Source of the DNA: Chiloscyllium plagiosum
Taxonomy: Eukaryota
NCBI RefSeq assembly: GCF_004010195.1
Contig: NC_057718.1
Coordinates: forward strand, 41,820,444 to 41,884,443
DNA length: 64,000 nt
Reading direction: 5' to 3'
The notes below the pieces were generated by a model that was not told where the DNA came from, did not search any database, and saw only the letters and a program-made list of their open reading frames with translations. Below, piece by piece: positions 12,429-26,391 of the stretch; within the stretch, counting starts at the first letter, position 1; each line of letters begins with the position of its first letter. Position numbers and translations under genes: made by a program.

Positions 12429-13224
12429 GTGCATCTACAATTCACCTTAATTTATTGAAATTACACCAATTTATTTTGATTATTGAAATGTAAAGATTTG
12501 AAAGATCATTGGTGCACCAGGGCAGCCAATAAAGTACCTTTTGAGTATAGTCTCTATTGAAATGTAAGAAATGGAAAATAATAATGTATGAATGTACATG
12601 TGCAATAATATTTGTACTTCTTGTGTCTTTGTTTACCTTTCAGACCATCTTTCAACTTCAGGCTGCTGTCAGAATGGTGATCTGATTTTATCCGTACCCA
12701 TAATGCTGACTCACAGCTTGGAAGTGCAATCAACTTAAAATTAGGGATGTTGAAGTAATTAAGAGGAACTGAGACATTATTCTTCACTTCATTTGGAGAA
12801 ATATTTTATTTTTAACATAAGTAGTGTTCAACCAGAAATTTTGTCCCTTACCTATTTTTCATCAAAATAAATGTTTGTAACTTATACGAGTAAGAAGTAT
12901 TAATGACTACACTTGAGGTCAATGTTATTCAGTTTGTGAAACTGAGAAGCCATAATCCACTAAACTCACTGGGCCTAGCTTCATGATGGACTGCCATCAG
13001 ATATATTACACAGGTCCCCACCAGCTATTCTTGCACAGAATACCAGTCCCTTAATCTCCAGACAAGTTATATCAGTGATTAAAGAAAAAAGTGAAAATTT
13101 GAATGTAAATTATGGAAAGGAGAACACAGAAAACACATCACCAACCAGCATGTGTTCCTTTTCTTCCTAAACATTAACTAAAACTACATGTTAAACATAT
13201 TGAAGCAAAATGTGCCATTTTTAA

Positions 13225-13350
13225 CAAACTCAGAGAATGCTAGGGAAAATCAATAGGTCTGGCAGCATCTGTGGAGAGAGAAACAGACTTAAAGTTTCTC
13301 CAGCATTCTCTGTGTTTGTTCCAGATTTCAGCATCCGCAGTGTTTTACCA
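13225..13350. mobile_element. Inverted pair of PLE pLTR fragments with the centre deleted
   Basis: CAGAGAATGCT..GGCAGCATCTG (minus copy) is joined to CCAGCATTCTCTG..CAGCATCCGCAG (plus copy); same family as 34055-34270 and 48449-48596. Confidence 0.65.
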
Positions 13351-14309
13351 TTATTCAAGTTATTCATTTGAACATGCAGATCAGATGGGATTGGATCCAG
13401 GAGCAGAGTGTTAGGTTCCCAGAAATTGGAAAGGTGTTGGGAAACCAGCTCCAACTTGCCAGTTTCCTGCTTTAACTCAGGTTGAGGGAGTGGGGGTGGG
13501 TCAGAAAGAAACAAACAGCAAAACTTGCAGATGGTGAATATAGTTCTTATATACTTCAAAATGCAGGTCCAGAATAAACAGTATTTTAATTTTACTGGGA
13601 TTTAACTATTTATTCCATCTCCAATCCCAGGTGACAGGATAGCATTTTATATGGAAACTGAAAGATTCAGACATAATCACTTTAACAGTGGCTGGTCAGA
13701 TGAGCTTCAGGAAACTGGCAGCTATAGCAAAATCAGGACAGCAGCTTTAGAAATAAGAGCAGAAGTAGACCAAATATTCAACTATTCAATCCCAACATCT
13801 TTGGTTTGAATTCTACTTCCCTTTGGCAAACATACGTTTTGGGGTGAAAAGAGCAGAGGTACTTCCTCTAAGGCATTCCCTCTCAAGCTCCCTATCCCCA
13901 AACCTCTAGGCCATCAGAAGCACAGGAATTAGACACCTCTCCCTCAGTGGACCTGTTTGCCATACCCATTAACCCAACAATCAGAATCCCACCCTGCCTT
14001 CTGTGGACAGGGAATCAAACCTATCTAGTTCTGCAGCATCTCTTCAGAATTCCCCACCCTAATGAGGGGAACCCTGTTGGAGGAGCCTAACTATAATGTT
14101 ACACACATAGTATGGAAATAAAATCCACAGTTTGGAAGTCTACGTTACTATACATTATTGGGTTTCCCTCATTCTGGTTCAATCACTATATTTCAATTTG
14201 ACCTGCAAAGTTCTAAAATTCTCTACATGTTTGCTAACTGGTTATAGATTTCTTTTCCACCTCTATTTTTGTCCAGAGTTTTTACTGTAATATAGGATAA
14301 TGTTTGTTA

Positions 14310-14490
14310 TTAGAATACTACACCATGTAACTCATCTCCTGACTGCCCAAAGTCTGCCCACCATGTACAAAGTACAAGTTAGGAGTGTGATGGAACACTT
14401 TCCATTTGCCTTATGGGTACAGTTCCAGCAACACTTACGAAGCTTGACATCATTAAAAGCAGCCCACTTCATTGGCACCACATCTAATCC
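14310..14490 (+). mobile_element. CR1/L2-group LINE fragment (5' part, interrupted by a PLE)
   Basis: HLLTAQSLPTMYKVQVRSVMEH peptide; the element continues at 15721. Confidence 0.8.
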
Positions 14491-15720
14491 GCTCCTCCGC
14501 CGTTGAGCCCCGCCCCTCCAACCGCCACCAGGACAGAACCCCACTGGTCCTCACCTACCACCCCACCAATCTCCATGTNNNNNNNNNNNNNNNNNNNNNN
14601 NNNNNNNNNNNNNNNNNNNNNNNNNNNNNNNNNNNNNNNNNNNNNNNNNNNNNNNNNNNNNNNNNNNNNNNNNNNNNNNNNNNNNNNNNNNNNNNNNNNN
14701 NNNNNNNNNNNNNNNNNNNNNNNNNNNNNNNNNNNNNNNNNNNNNNNNNNNNNNNNNNNNNNNNNNNNNNNNNNNNNNNNNNNNNNNNNNNNNNNNNNNN
14801 NNNNNNNNNNNNNNNNNNNNNNNNNNNNNNNNNNNNNNNNNNNNNNNNNNNNNNNNNNNNNNNNNNNNNNNNNNNNNNNNNNNNNNNNNNNNNNNNNNNN
14901 NNNNNNNNNNNNNNNNNNNNNNNNNNNNNNNNNNNNNNNNNNNNNNNNNNNNNNNNNNNNNNNNNNNNNNNNNNNNNNNNNNNNNNNNNNNNNNNNNNNN
15001 NNNNNNNNNNNNNNNNNNNNNNNNNNNNNNNNNNNNNNNNNNNNNNNNNNNNNNNNNNNNNNNNNNNNNNNNNNNNNNNNNNNNNNNNNNNNNNNNNNNN
15101 NNNNNNNNNNNNNNNNNNNNNNNNNNNNNNNNNNNNNNNNNNNNNNNNNNNNNNNNNNNNNNNNNNNNNNNNNNNNNNNNNNNNNNNNNNNNNNNNNNNN
15201 NNNNNNNNNNNNNNNNNNNNNNNNNNNNNNNNNNNNNNNNNNNNNNNNNNNNNNNNNNNNNNNNNNNNNNNNNNNNNNNNNNNNNNNNNNNNNNNNNNNN
15301 NNNNNNNNNNNNNNNNNNNNNNNNNNNNNNNNNNNNNNNNNNNNNNNNNNNNNNNNNNNNNNNNNNNNNNNNNNNNNNNNNNNNNNNNNNNNNNNNNNNN
15401 NNNNNNNNNNNNNNNNNNNNNNNNCAGCACCGCCTTCCTAACCTGCAATCTTCTTCCTGACCTCTCCGCCCCCACCCCACTCCAGCCTATCACCCTCACC
15501 TTGACCTCCTTCCACCTATCGCATTTCCAACACCCCTCCCCCAAGTCCCTCCTCCCTACCTTTTATCTTAGCCTGCTGGGCACACTTTCCTAATTCCTGA
15601 AGAAGGGCTTATGCCCGAAACGTCGATTATCCTGTTCCTTGGATGCTGCCTGACCTGCTGCGCTTTTCCAGCAACACATTTTCAGCTCTGATCTCCAGCA
15701 TCTGCAGTCCTCACTTTCTC
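14491..15720 (+). mobile_element. Penelope-like element insertion, mostly in an assembly gap, with 15-bp TSD
   Basis: TSD CACCACATCTAATCC at 14476-14490 and 15721-15735. The 5' part encodes RTPLVLTYHPTNLH, and the 3' pLTR carries a hammerhead. Confidence 0.9.
15597..15624 (+). ncRNA. Minimal type-I hammerhead ribozyme motif (PLE-type)
   Basis: CTGAAGA-A-GGGC-TTAT-GCCC-GAAA-CGTC with a C-G closing pair for stem I; all core positions intact. Confidence 0.82.
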
Positions 15721-16117
15721 CACCACATCTAATCCCTCAACCACTGATGCTCAGTAGCAGCATGGTGCACCATCTGCACAGTGTATTGCAGAAATTTACC
15801 AAGGCTCCATAGGCAGAACCCTTTTAAATCCATGGTCACTTCCATTTAGAGGGAGAAGGGCAGCAAATACATGGGAATATCGCCACATGCAAGTTCCCCT
15901 CCAATCACTTGCCATCCTGACATGAAATGTATCATTCCTTTGCTGGATCAAAATCCTGGAATTCCCTCCCTAATGGCATTGTGTGTCCACCTACAGCAAA
16001 TGGATTGCAGTGGTTTCAGAAGGCGGCTCGCCAACAACTTCCCTAGACCAACTAGATACAGGCAATTAATGCTGACCCAGCCAGCAATACCCAGGTCTCA
16101 AGAGTAAATAAAGAAAA
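15721..16117 (+). mobile_element. CR1/L2-group LINE 3' end (continuation of 14310-14490)
   Basis: Resumes after the TSD; CCTGGAATTCCCTCCCTAA (WNSLP) followed by the 3' UTR and an A-rich end. Confidence 0.8.
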
Positions 16118-18982
16118 TCCTCTAATAGTAATAATATTTGATGAAATAATTATTTTTCTAATGACTATCCAATATTTCCTATGATGAAAAATTAGTTTTT
16201 CTAGGTTTGTGAAACAATCGTATGTTAACACATAGCAATAATGCTTAAAGTGTTTGTTTCAAATTCTTGAATTTGGCTTCCTTTAGTTAAAATAATGAGC
16301 AGAGGAATTTGTATTAAGTACTTGTCATTTCTCGGTGACATATTTTATTTAACAACCTTCCTGAAAATCCTGCCTATTATCATTCTAGAAATCAGTGTTC
16401 AGAAGACATTGCTAATATGTTAATACAAACTTATAAGAATCAATTTGTGACAATGGAATTGAAATGCTCAGAAACTCTTTTCATGTCGATACAAGTTTCT
16501 TTTTCTTCCGCTTGACATTGCAACATGGTGTTGTTTAATTAGTAAAGGGATTGATCATTGATAGTAACAGTTAGTCAGACATTTGGAGAGATTATTGTTC
16601 TGAAAGATTGCATTCCTGGCAATTTCCTTAAATTTGTGAATACATTTCTGTTTTGCAGTTTAAGGATAAAATTATTTGTCAGCAATTTTTCTATCTAAAT
16701 GTTGAATGTGTTTATTTTAAATTCTCTCTCTCCTTTGCTTTTACAATTGTGTTAAACTAGTTTTTTGAGATACATTATAAAATCTGTACTGAAACAACCA
16801 GGAACAAAAGTGGATATGAATTACTGCATGTTCATACTTTATTGCAATGATTGTAATTCCTACCTTTGGTTTCTCTGGATTGGAAAGTACAATTATTTCA
16901 CTTCAAATTCTAATATGACATTGAAAATCCTTTTTTCCTCTCTCTCCATTTCAATTCTAAACAGATTAAGGAGCTGTGTCATACATTTTCACCATGACCA
17001 TGACCTTTATTCCAGGTGGCATCTGTGTAATGTCCTATTTACATCAATGTGGGAAACATTTCGTGACTGCGATTCAGGACCAGTTTAGACAGAAGACCTT
17101 CTGCCACGATCTTAGCATTATATTACATGACAGATGCTATGACAATATATGCCAAAGGAAATTGAGAAAAACAAAGCCTAGAAAGTTTTTCAGGAGTAGC
17201 CAAGAGCATGCACAGATCAACATGCCAGATTTCTTTACAGCCAAATACTGATATACCAAACTTGCAAACTCTGCTTAGAAAAAAATAATGGAACAGGTTG
17301 TCAGTTCTGATTTAAGCAAATACGGACAATTTCATAGACCAGTTTTCTGGCCTGAAGCAGTCAGACATGCAGATAGACATCCGATGTCAATTGCATGTCC
17401 TTGAAGAGATCAGGTATAACGAATGGCTGGGAATTGCCACTACCAGTGCGTTCAGTGAAGAAAAAAAATATTCAGCTCAGTTCAGGGACATGCGTAAGTA
17501 ATGTGTTACCATCTCTACTCCCTCTTCAGCTCCTTGACAAAATGTTAATCTAATTGTGATACTATCACTTTGATGACAATATGACAAGACAGACAAATTT
17601 GATTTTATTCTCAACAGAGCCAGCATATGCTGTGTGCGAGACTTTGACAGAGAGAAGGGCACAAAACAAATGAAGCTCATGAATATACAATTTTTATTGT
17701 ACACAATAGTGACATATAAACTTCTGAGAGAAGGTGGGATAGAATCATTGTACTTTACAATTTCAGTTAATGGTTTTGCAAAAAAAATGTCATTGGAGAA
17801 TAGGACGGCCTAATACGTCTAGGTATAGAAGAACAATTTTGCCACAAGATAAATGGGGGTCAGAGACTATGAATATATTAACAATTTTTTTTGTTTCTGA
17901 TAGGATTTAATGTAAAGGTTTATAACTATTTTCTTCACATCCCCCCCCCCCCTCAGAAAAAAACTTTAGGATCTTCTAAAAAGTAAATAAGAATTTATAA
18001 TTAGCCACTCTACAAAATTATTGGTGAAGAAGTTTACATATCTTTTCAGACAAGATTTGGGTCAAAAACATCCATCGTGGCATCTGTGGCTAAAATTCTC
18101 TTGAAGTATTTCTGAACAGAATTTTTTTTCTCAGTATAATTTTAAATAATGAATATTTGGAATATCATGAAAGGTTTTTCTAACATTTGATATAACTGAT
18201 TAATTAATATGTGTGATCAATAAAAGTTTTCATTGTCTAAAGAAAATTGAAGGGTTTCAAAAACTGTATACAACAGTTTTTAGAATTAGATCATAGTCTG
18301 CTAAGATTGATTAACTGGGATAAGTAATTTAACACATGAATCTCAAAATCTACAATCCATCTTCCTTTGAGCTATTTTTCCCTTTGCTGCATTAGTGTAT
18401 TATATCTGGTAAAATTTTTTAAAATTATTATTGTTGTTATTATCACTGATAGGACTGGGTGACTATTAAATTGACATTGGGAAGTTAGATGTATGTCTGC
18501 CTTCATCCTGGACTACAGAGTTATTGTAAATACTTCACAGTAACAGTCCTTGGTCCAACTCGGGTGCTGTCAATAACCCTGCTCATGCTACTGGAAACCC
18601 TGGAAACAGCTCAACTGCTGACTGACAGTTGTGCAGAGGCAAGCAGTCTTTACAAAGAAGCAGAAGTGACACTTTTTATGCGGCAGGAATTCAAAAGTGA
18701 ATTTGTCTCCATTCCATGCAAGTCTCCCTGCATTCGTTTGGTGTTGGTATATACAATGTTGATTTCGCTGTGTTGTTCATTTTGATTTGTAGTTTTATCT
18801 CTTATTCCATAGATCAAAACTCTTCTTTAGGTAGTTTCTTATGTTGTTCCTTTCCAACACAGATATAGTAAAGTATGACAAGATGTTTCAGAAAAGGTAT
18901 TTGTTAACTTGAGCAGTCTTACTTTAATAAAACTTTTCACATTGCAGTTTGCTATATTTTAACATTAATCTATTAATAGAAG

Positions 18983-19380
18983 TAGAACATTGAACAGTAC
19001 AGCACAGACACAGACCCTTTAGCCCATCATGTCTGTGCCAATCGCCATGCCATTGTCATCCCATCTGCCTGGACATGATCTGTATCCCTCTAATCTTTGT
19101 TCATGTGGGCTGTCTAATTTCTTTTTAAACTTTGCTAGTATATCTGCTTCTATATGTCCCCTGGTAGTGAGTTCCAGGCATCTACCACCCTCTGTGTTAA
19201 GAACTTTACTCACACATCTCCTTTAAACTTTTCCCCTTTCACTTCAAACCTAAGCTTCTTAGTATTTGATATTTCCACCTTGGGAACAAAACTCCGACTA
19301 GCCACTCTATCCATGTCTCTCATAATTTTATACACTTCTGCCAGGTCACCCTTTAGCCTTCGATACTTTAGCGAGAAAAA
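18983..19380 (-). mobile_element. CR1-clade LINE 3' fragment
   Basis: Reverse strand has the LTQRVVDAWNSLP-type motif and a CR1 3' UTR. Confidence 0.88.
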
Positions 19381-19794
19381 GCATCTGAAAAGTATGTTTC
19401 TGGAGTGTATAGATAGAATTTCAAATCAGTTCAGAAATGTTGTGGAAGATTGTTTGATGAGAATTTTCTTTGAAAGGCCATTGAAGAAATGGATTACATT
19501 TTGTGATGAGCTTTTTTTAAGTTAGAGGCATTTTTCTACTGTACCCAACATTCTGGTAGCCGTTGAGTTGCACCAAATTAGAATGAATTACCCCTCGATC
19601 CTTATCTGCATTTTGGTTTCAGTTTTATCTTTTTTGTGTGACTCGTAACTCAAAAAGATTAATATTTGTACATTTTTATTGTTTGTTTTTCCACACAAAC
19701 AAATCAAACACTTTCTGGGACATTATAAAAATAAAGCTGATGACAACACTCATTCACAAAAATGATCTAGGGGAGAAAGTTTATTTTCATATTC

Positions 19795-20130
19795 TCATGA
19801 AATTTCTTTATTCATTCACTGGATGAGGCCATCACTGGCTAGGCAGCATTTATTGACCATCAGGCAGTTAAGAGTCAACCACATTGCTATGGGTCTGGAA
19901 ATACACGTTGGCCAGACCAGGTAAGGATGGAGTTTCCTTCCCTGAAGAACATTAATGAACCAGCTTGGTTTTTCCTGACAATCGATTCATGGCCATCATC
20001 AGGTTCTTAATTTCAGATATTTATTGAATTCAAATTCCACCATCTGCCATGGCTGAATTCAAACCCAGGTCCTCAGAATATTATCTAGATCAACAGTCCA
20101 GCAATAATACCATTAGGTCATCACCTCCCC
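19795..20130 (-). mobile_element. tRNA-headed SINE (family of 30978-31366)
   Basis: GAGTCAACCACATTGCT, CAGACCAGGTAAGGATGG and TTCAAATTCCACCATCTGCC blocks, reverse-complementary to 30978-31366. Confidence 0.85.
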
Positions 20131-22314
20131 TACTGGAACTTACACTGGAAACTTTTCAGTATCTGTTGAAGGAGGGAGGTGTGGCTAGTCTTTTACTGTT
20201 AACTATTTTTTTGTTACCTTTTGTTACCTTTTTCTATGGGATTCAGGTTACTGTTTTGTCTTGCTTTCTTTTGATTTTTCTTATTAATCCCTTTTGTTTT
20301 ATTTCTTTTTTACTCAATAAATTACAACATGGAGATCTCCAGCAACAAAGTGTAGTTTGTTGTGATCACTAACTTCCTGTCCCTTTTCTTCCCTCTGCTA
20401 AAGGAGTGATTCCATTGGAGTCAGCACTTCATCTGATCTTGATAATTTAGCAAACAATTTCGGTTATATTAGTTCTGATATATCAGCTATCAGACTCAAC
20501 ACACTTGAACATCGTGGAATAGGAAGTTCAAGCATCATTTTATATCTAAGTGCTGATTATGCCTATACCTAATAGCGTTTTCAATCCAATTTTTTTAATG
20601 TTTCTACAAGTCTCTTATTGATTAATTAATGGCTATCTGTGCCTAATAAGAAGAGTTAAGTTAGGAAGTATTCCTTCAAAATGCCATTTACAGGCTTTTT
20701 ATTGTGCTTTTGAACCTGTATAAATGTTGAAAAGATAAAATTGTAACCCTCACTATGTCACGTTAAGTTTATCCAATGAGAATCCACAAAAGATTTGAAC
20801 TCCAATTTTGACCTTCGTCAGGTTGACAAATACAAGTCCACTACTGGAAGAGGAAATTCAACTGGAATTTTCACTCATGGTCACATTTCCGTGACCTCTT
20901 CTAGACATGTGTGCACATGAAGATAGAATCGACTTCGACTGCAATGGCTCACTGTTGACTGTCCCTCAGCATTCAATAAATGAGAGACATGTGCAAGGTA
21001 TTGGCGCTACCAAGAGTACAGCAATAAGACGTCAATGCATTAAAAGGAAAGAAGAGGTAAAAGAGAATTGGTCAGAGAAAATGGCAATGCCTGTAGCTAA
21101 CAATGCCACCTACATTCATTAAGAAGAATTTTATCTATGTTTTGCTAACTGCTGAGAGAAAATGACAGAGACTTGTTACTTTGCCAGCAGCTCTAACACT
21201 TTAGTTCAGCCTTTCACAGTGCACGAGCACAAATAAAGACCAAGAACAGGGCAAAAAAATCAAGCATTTAGAGCAATGAACATGATTTAAGACCAAGAGG
21301 GGGAAAGAAGTCAAAATCAATAAAAGGTATTAGTTTTGAAAATTGTACCTGTAGCTAGAAATAAACAGAAGTTACCAGTCCTCATTAAGTCAACTGTTGG
21401 CAACGTAAAATTAACTGAATGTGACACGAAAAATCACAAAACATGATTTTCTGCCAACAAGCAAATGAGCTACTTCGGATGACGCTTTTCAAAAAGAGAA
21501 CATTCTTGCCTTGTCTCTTTGTATTGTGACCGAGGGGGGAAACTGCCAGTTCAGGAATGTTAGTGAGGATGAAGAGGCCTCCTGTGCCTCTGACATGCTG
21601 TCCACTCATTTCATTTGCAGACGGATGTCACCTCAGCAAAATAAGCTGCCACAACTCCTGAGGCTATCACTTGATGCTCTTGCAGCTGTTTCAAGCACAA
21701 ACTCAGATCTCTCTTTATTGTGCTGTTCTGGCCTCATTAGAAATGGCGATGTCAGACTAATTTGGGATTTTTAACTTTAGTCTATTTCTTCTAATTTAAA
21801 CAGACAGGATTCCCTTCGGTGGCATGCACATGCTGGATGTCATAGAACTGAAAGGGAAAATAAAATGCCTGTACTGTTCTGTGTTTATTGTGCAGAACAA
21901 GCATCTTTGAGAATGGACTTTGACTTGCAATGCTGGTTAGAGAGTATTATCGCTTTATTGTATAGCCAGCTTTACTACACCTGTTATTCTCTTCTTCAGC
22001 AAATAAAGTGGTTGCAAGTAAAGTTGATCCAAAACTGCCAGGAAGGTTGTGACCAATGTTGCTCATTTACATAAAGGAGGTGAAAGCAGCCACGAGAACT
22101 GATGCACTATATTGTGATGAGCTGCCTGTTTGGTATAGTCGTGGGCCTGTTAGGAACATATAATTGTATCCAAAGCCAAGGAAGCAAATATCTCAGATAA
22201 CTGGCCCTTACATACTTCAGGGTTATAATACCTGGGAGTAGAAATTTAACAAACTCACTAACCTATTTAAAATAATTTGTTGAAGACATGTTAAGAAATC
22301 TCTATTCTTTAGTC

Positions 22315-22350
22315 ATATATATATATATATATATATAAAATATATAAATA
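22315..22350. repeat. (TA)n microsatellite
   Basis: Direct reading of the sequence. Confidence 0.9.
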
Positions 22351-22419
22351 CAAGGCTGATTATTTGGGTAAGAGAGACATGGAGATGAAGGTGACCAAAA
22401 ATCAACTAAATTTTAATTT

Positions 22420-24912
22420 TGGGGAATTTTATGGAGACTTTCTCTCCCTGAGCTGTACTGAGCTCCTCAAGCATAGCTCGCCTCATTATGTACACCCCTC
22501 CCTCCATGGTGCCCTGCTCATGCTATCATGTGCTCAGCAATGACAAAATTTCTCACTACTGCCAGCACACCTGTGGGATTCCTGGTACTGGTGCCATTGT
22601 TAAAGCCCGGCTGTGAACCAGGTCAAATGTTGCCACCCAGGAGCTGTCCTTTAGTAGTGGGAGGGGAACAGAACAAAAGAGCTTGTGAGTGATACGGCTG
22701 ACACTTGATTGCAAATATAAGCTCATTTTCGTAAATGTGTCATTATTTTACACTGTCATATGTCTGATTGATTGTCATTGCAACTGTAGCTATAAGAAAT
22801 AAGCTGCACAGGTTAGCCATCTTCAACTCTGTACTATCTTAGAATCCTATGTAAAGGAGCCCTTCTTTGTCGCTAACACTCACAACACCTTCTCATTGTT
22901 CACCATTGGAGCACCACATATTGGAAAATCTTCAATTGCTTGAAAAGACTCACTTATATTCAACAACAGCAAAAGCAAAGAAAAAAAGTTAATAAAATGC
23001 TGTACTTGTTTCTGGGAGCAGAGACTGCTTGCCTTTTTAGCAACAAAAAAAATCACAGTTAATGAGAGATTATTGCTGCTGGCATCTTTTGGACTGGGTG
23101 TCAAGACCTGCTTGGCTTCCCACAGCTGACACTGCAGCGGTCTACCATGGTAAAGGTGATATTTCAATTGCTGAATGTCCTCACCATCCTCCTTGGACGA
23201 TTGCTGCTGCTCTCTCAGCTTTTCAATGTCCAGCACATGCTCCAGTTAAGCAGAGCACAGGACACTAGAATTACGTAGCAAACTCTGTCAGAACTGTACT
23301 GAAGAGACCCTCCAGACTGATCCAAGCATTTGAACCTCCTCTTCAGCAGTCCTATCATCTGCTCCACCATGGCCTTTGCGGAAGAATGAGCTGCATTGAA
23401 TCAATGTTAAGTCTCAGTAATAGGGTTGCTTAACAGATTCATCGGCAATTGTTGCCAAAAGGTAGTAATCTTGTCTCCCAGTAGCCACCCTTGTAACAGT
23501 CAAGATTACTTCTGGTCAGGACTTGTATTCTACACAATTAGACACTACTTCCATTTTGTACACAGGGTACAATGATTTACCAATGACTCCAAACTGTACT
23601 GTACAAATGTCTGATTACTGCAAGGGTGTTTGCCCCTTGCCCAGAGTTAAAACCTGGGGGCTGTTTGAACAGGAAAACGATCACATACTAGTCCCACTCC
23701 AGGTTTTAGCCATTTTCCATTTCCACTGCATATTTATGGTTCACATGAGGATACAAGGCAATGTATATTTCCTTAGCAGAGAGAGTCACAAGTTCAGGCT
23801 AGCAGTCAAAGAGATCAGCAAACCTTTATGTTCCTTTCAAACTTGCACTCCCTGTCGATCCTATCAGCATTGAGTTTCCACAGCCACCCACCCAACTCTT
23901 CCATTTACATTTCCACCTCCCAACATTGCCACCTGAACTCCGGCCCCACATCTAGCTATTCCAAGCCTTGTGATATGCTGTTCCTCCATTGAAGCCAGGG
24001 TGGTTGTAACTGTCGATGATCAACCTCCTGACACACCCCCAGCAGCATCCCATGTCGTCCAGTGAACTGCCATCTCCCACCATTATGGATGTTTGTAGCC
24101 AACTGATTCTGACACACCTTTTGAGCGGGGGTGAGGGGACTTGAACCCCAATGTTCTGGCTCAGAGAAAGGGACACTGATCATTTTAGCACAAGAGCACC
24201 CTCCCACTCTTATGCATTGAGATATCTTCCTTCACAATTATTGCTCCTCTGCATCCCATCTTCGCTCCAATAAGTAGAAGTGACTTCCCCAATATCTCTA
24301 CCATAGCAATCAAGTAGGTGCAAAGTGAATGAGGGGTAAGAGACTAAACAGGGAGCTCTGACGATAACCTGGCCCAATCCATGAGGTGAGTACGTATTTC
24401 TGCATGCAAAGTGTCCTGGCATCAGCATTACAATGAAATGCTGCAGCGTTGAAATGAAGAATAACATTGAAAGTGAATTGGAGATGTGCCAAGATGCTTG
24501 ATGCTGGTACATGTCTGATGGAACCTTCATGGACATGAGGTGCAGGTAACTACTGTCCATGAAGTATAACCTGAAATGTTGGGAACTACTGCCTAAGATG
24601 GAGGCCTGGAGGAGCGAGTAGGGAATGGAAATGTCTGATACCTACCCCGACTTTCACATTGGGAATTATCGTTGCCTAGTTTCTATCTGATGCATCAGAG
24701 AATAAAAAAATTGAATATCAATGAGGTGATATTAGGCACTAATGGAATGCAAATACATGAAAATGATCATGTTGCCACCAGCTTGCCATTCAAAACTTGG
24801 TTGCAGAATTAGACATTCTTTCTCAACATCAAGAATTTCATTTTTCTGAGCTCATTACAAATTCCCAACTATTCACCATGTCCACATCATTCAAGGGTTG
24901 GGAAGATTCTGC
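22420..24912. mobile_element. Decayed DNA transposon relic, probably PIF/Harbinger-like
   Basis: The right terminal ~200 bp is reverse-similar to the left terminus of 26392-28068. The ends resemble GGGNNNAATT(T/C)T. Weak HARBI1-like peptide AGIFWTGCQDLLGFPQLTLQR near 23075-23140. Confidence 0.4.
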
Positions 24913-25829
24913 AAATGTTTGCCACTAAATTGAATGATGAATGATAAAGGGAGGAAGTTTGGAGAACTTGATAGCCATTTGCAAGATTTATATGATTTTG
25001 AAACAATTGCAATACAAAAATGAGCAAACATTAGAATATAATTGGAACAAAAGTTTTCAGTAAACAAGCTGAAGTATAGGAAATAACCAGTTTTCAAGAA
25101 GATACCCATTGGATTGTGTGTTCATACAATAAGGACTGCAATGAATAGTGTTTACTTCAGCTATCAACTGATCTTCTAACAAAAACAGCTGTGATAGTAT
25201 CTGTAGAGGGAAAGCAGAGTCAACATTTAGAGTACAGTGACCAGTAAAAAGAACACTTCCACTGTGAGATCGCTGAGAAACTCACTTAAGACTCACTTAA
25301 GATAAATGTTTGCAATAACAATATTTTGGGCTTCGTCCATGTAGTCATATTGGCTGAGTATGCATAAGGTTTGGTTCAGTCAGAAGTATACAGGGCCAAG
25401 GAGAATACTTTTTATAAAGCATTACAGAAACCTCAGTCGGATGGATGAGGATTTTTTTAGTGATACGATGGCTGCCAGCTGCAGGGACTTACAGTTGGAT
25501 CTTTTCTTACTGTGTCATTGCAGTTTTGTGAACATGCTCAAGTGGATTGACATGTAACCCTCCTACAGAGTGTCTGGATGGGATTGAGTGAACATTGTTG
25601 GTGTACCTACAAGTTGTGGGCAGTAATTCAAAAATACTGATGAGAATTTGAAAAGAAAATCACTTAGTTCCATTTCAATCAAACTAAATAGATACTTTAA
25701 AGCTTTTTTTTTAAAGCTTGTAACTGGATAATAGTCATTTAGTCTTTCTAGGGTCATAGAATTTCCTGTCTCAATTTGCTCAAATTTCATTTTTATGAGT
25801 TCAATCCAGCTTTGGAGAAAGTAAGTTGG

Positions 25830-26290
25830 AAGAAAGACTTACATATATGCAGCACCTTTAACAACCAGAGGACATTTACGGCCAATTATTTTGCAATGTG
25901 AGTTTTGTAATGTAGAAAGCACATTAGCAGATCTGTTTCTTCTGCTTTAGTCTTGTCAACAACACAGACCAACAACATGTTTAGTTCCAACGTTTCTGGA
26001 TGCATGTGTTTAACAATGCATTAATCAGAAGATTGTTTTCTGTGATATTGGTTAAGGGAGTGACTTTCCCTGCTGTCCTTCAGAGTTATATTTTTTACAT
26101 CCTTTTGAGAGGGCATTCTGGCCTTGGTTTAACATCTCATCTTAAAGGACTTCTGATAGTTCAGCACTCTCTTTGTATTGCACTGGTATTCCAGCCTTGA
26201 TTTTTGAACTCAAATCTTAGATTGGGGCTTGAAGACCGAACCCTTCTTACACAGAGATGTGAGTGCTACCTCCTGAACATAGCTGGCAGT
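25830..26290 (-). mobile_element. Deu-domain SINE (SacSINE1-like), diverged
   Basis: Reverse strand has a tRNA-like head followed by CCAGTGCAATAC..GAGTGCTG..GATGAGATGTTAAACC(A/G)AGGCC, recognised as Deu-domain-like. Confidence 0.65.
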
Positions 26291-26391
26291 GAAACAAAAT
26301 ACTGGTGTGAAATTAGGGGAGCTGCTTCTATACAAGCCTGCTTCTGAAATTCAGTAGATCAGGCAGATTCTGTGGAGAGAAACAGGATTAA

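Noticed and set aside
12636..12718. Possible minus-strand exon (CESALWVRIKSDHHSDSSLKLKDGLK)
   Set aside because: Weak acceptor and donor (gtaaac), no recognisable protein and no partner exons.
14472..15593. 300-370 aa ORFs in the ORF track
   Set aside because: Artefacts of translating through the N gap.
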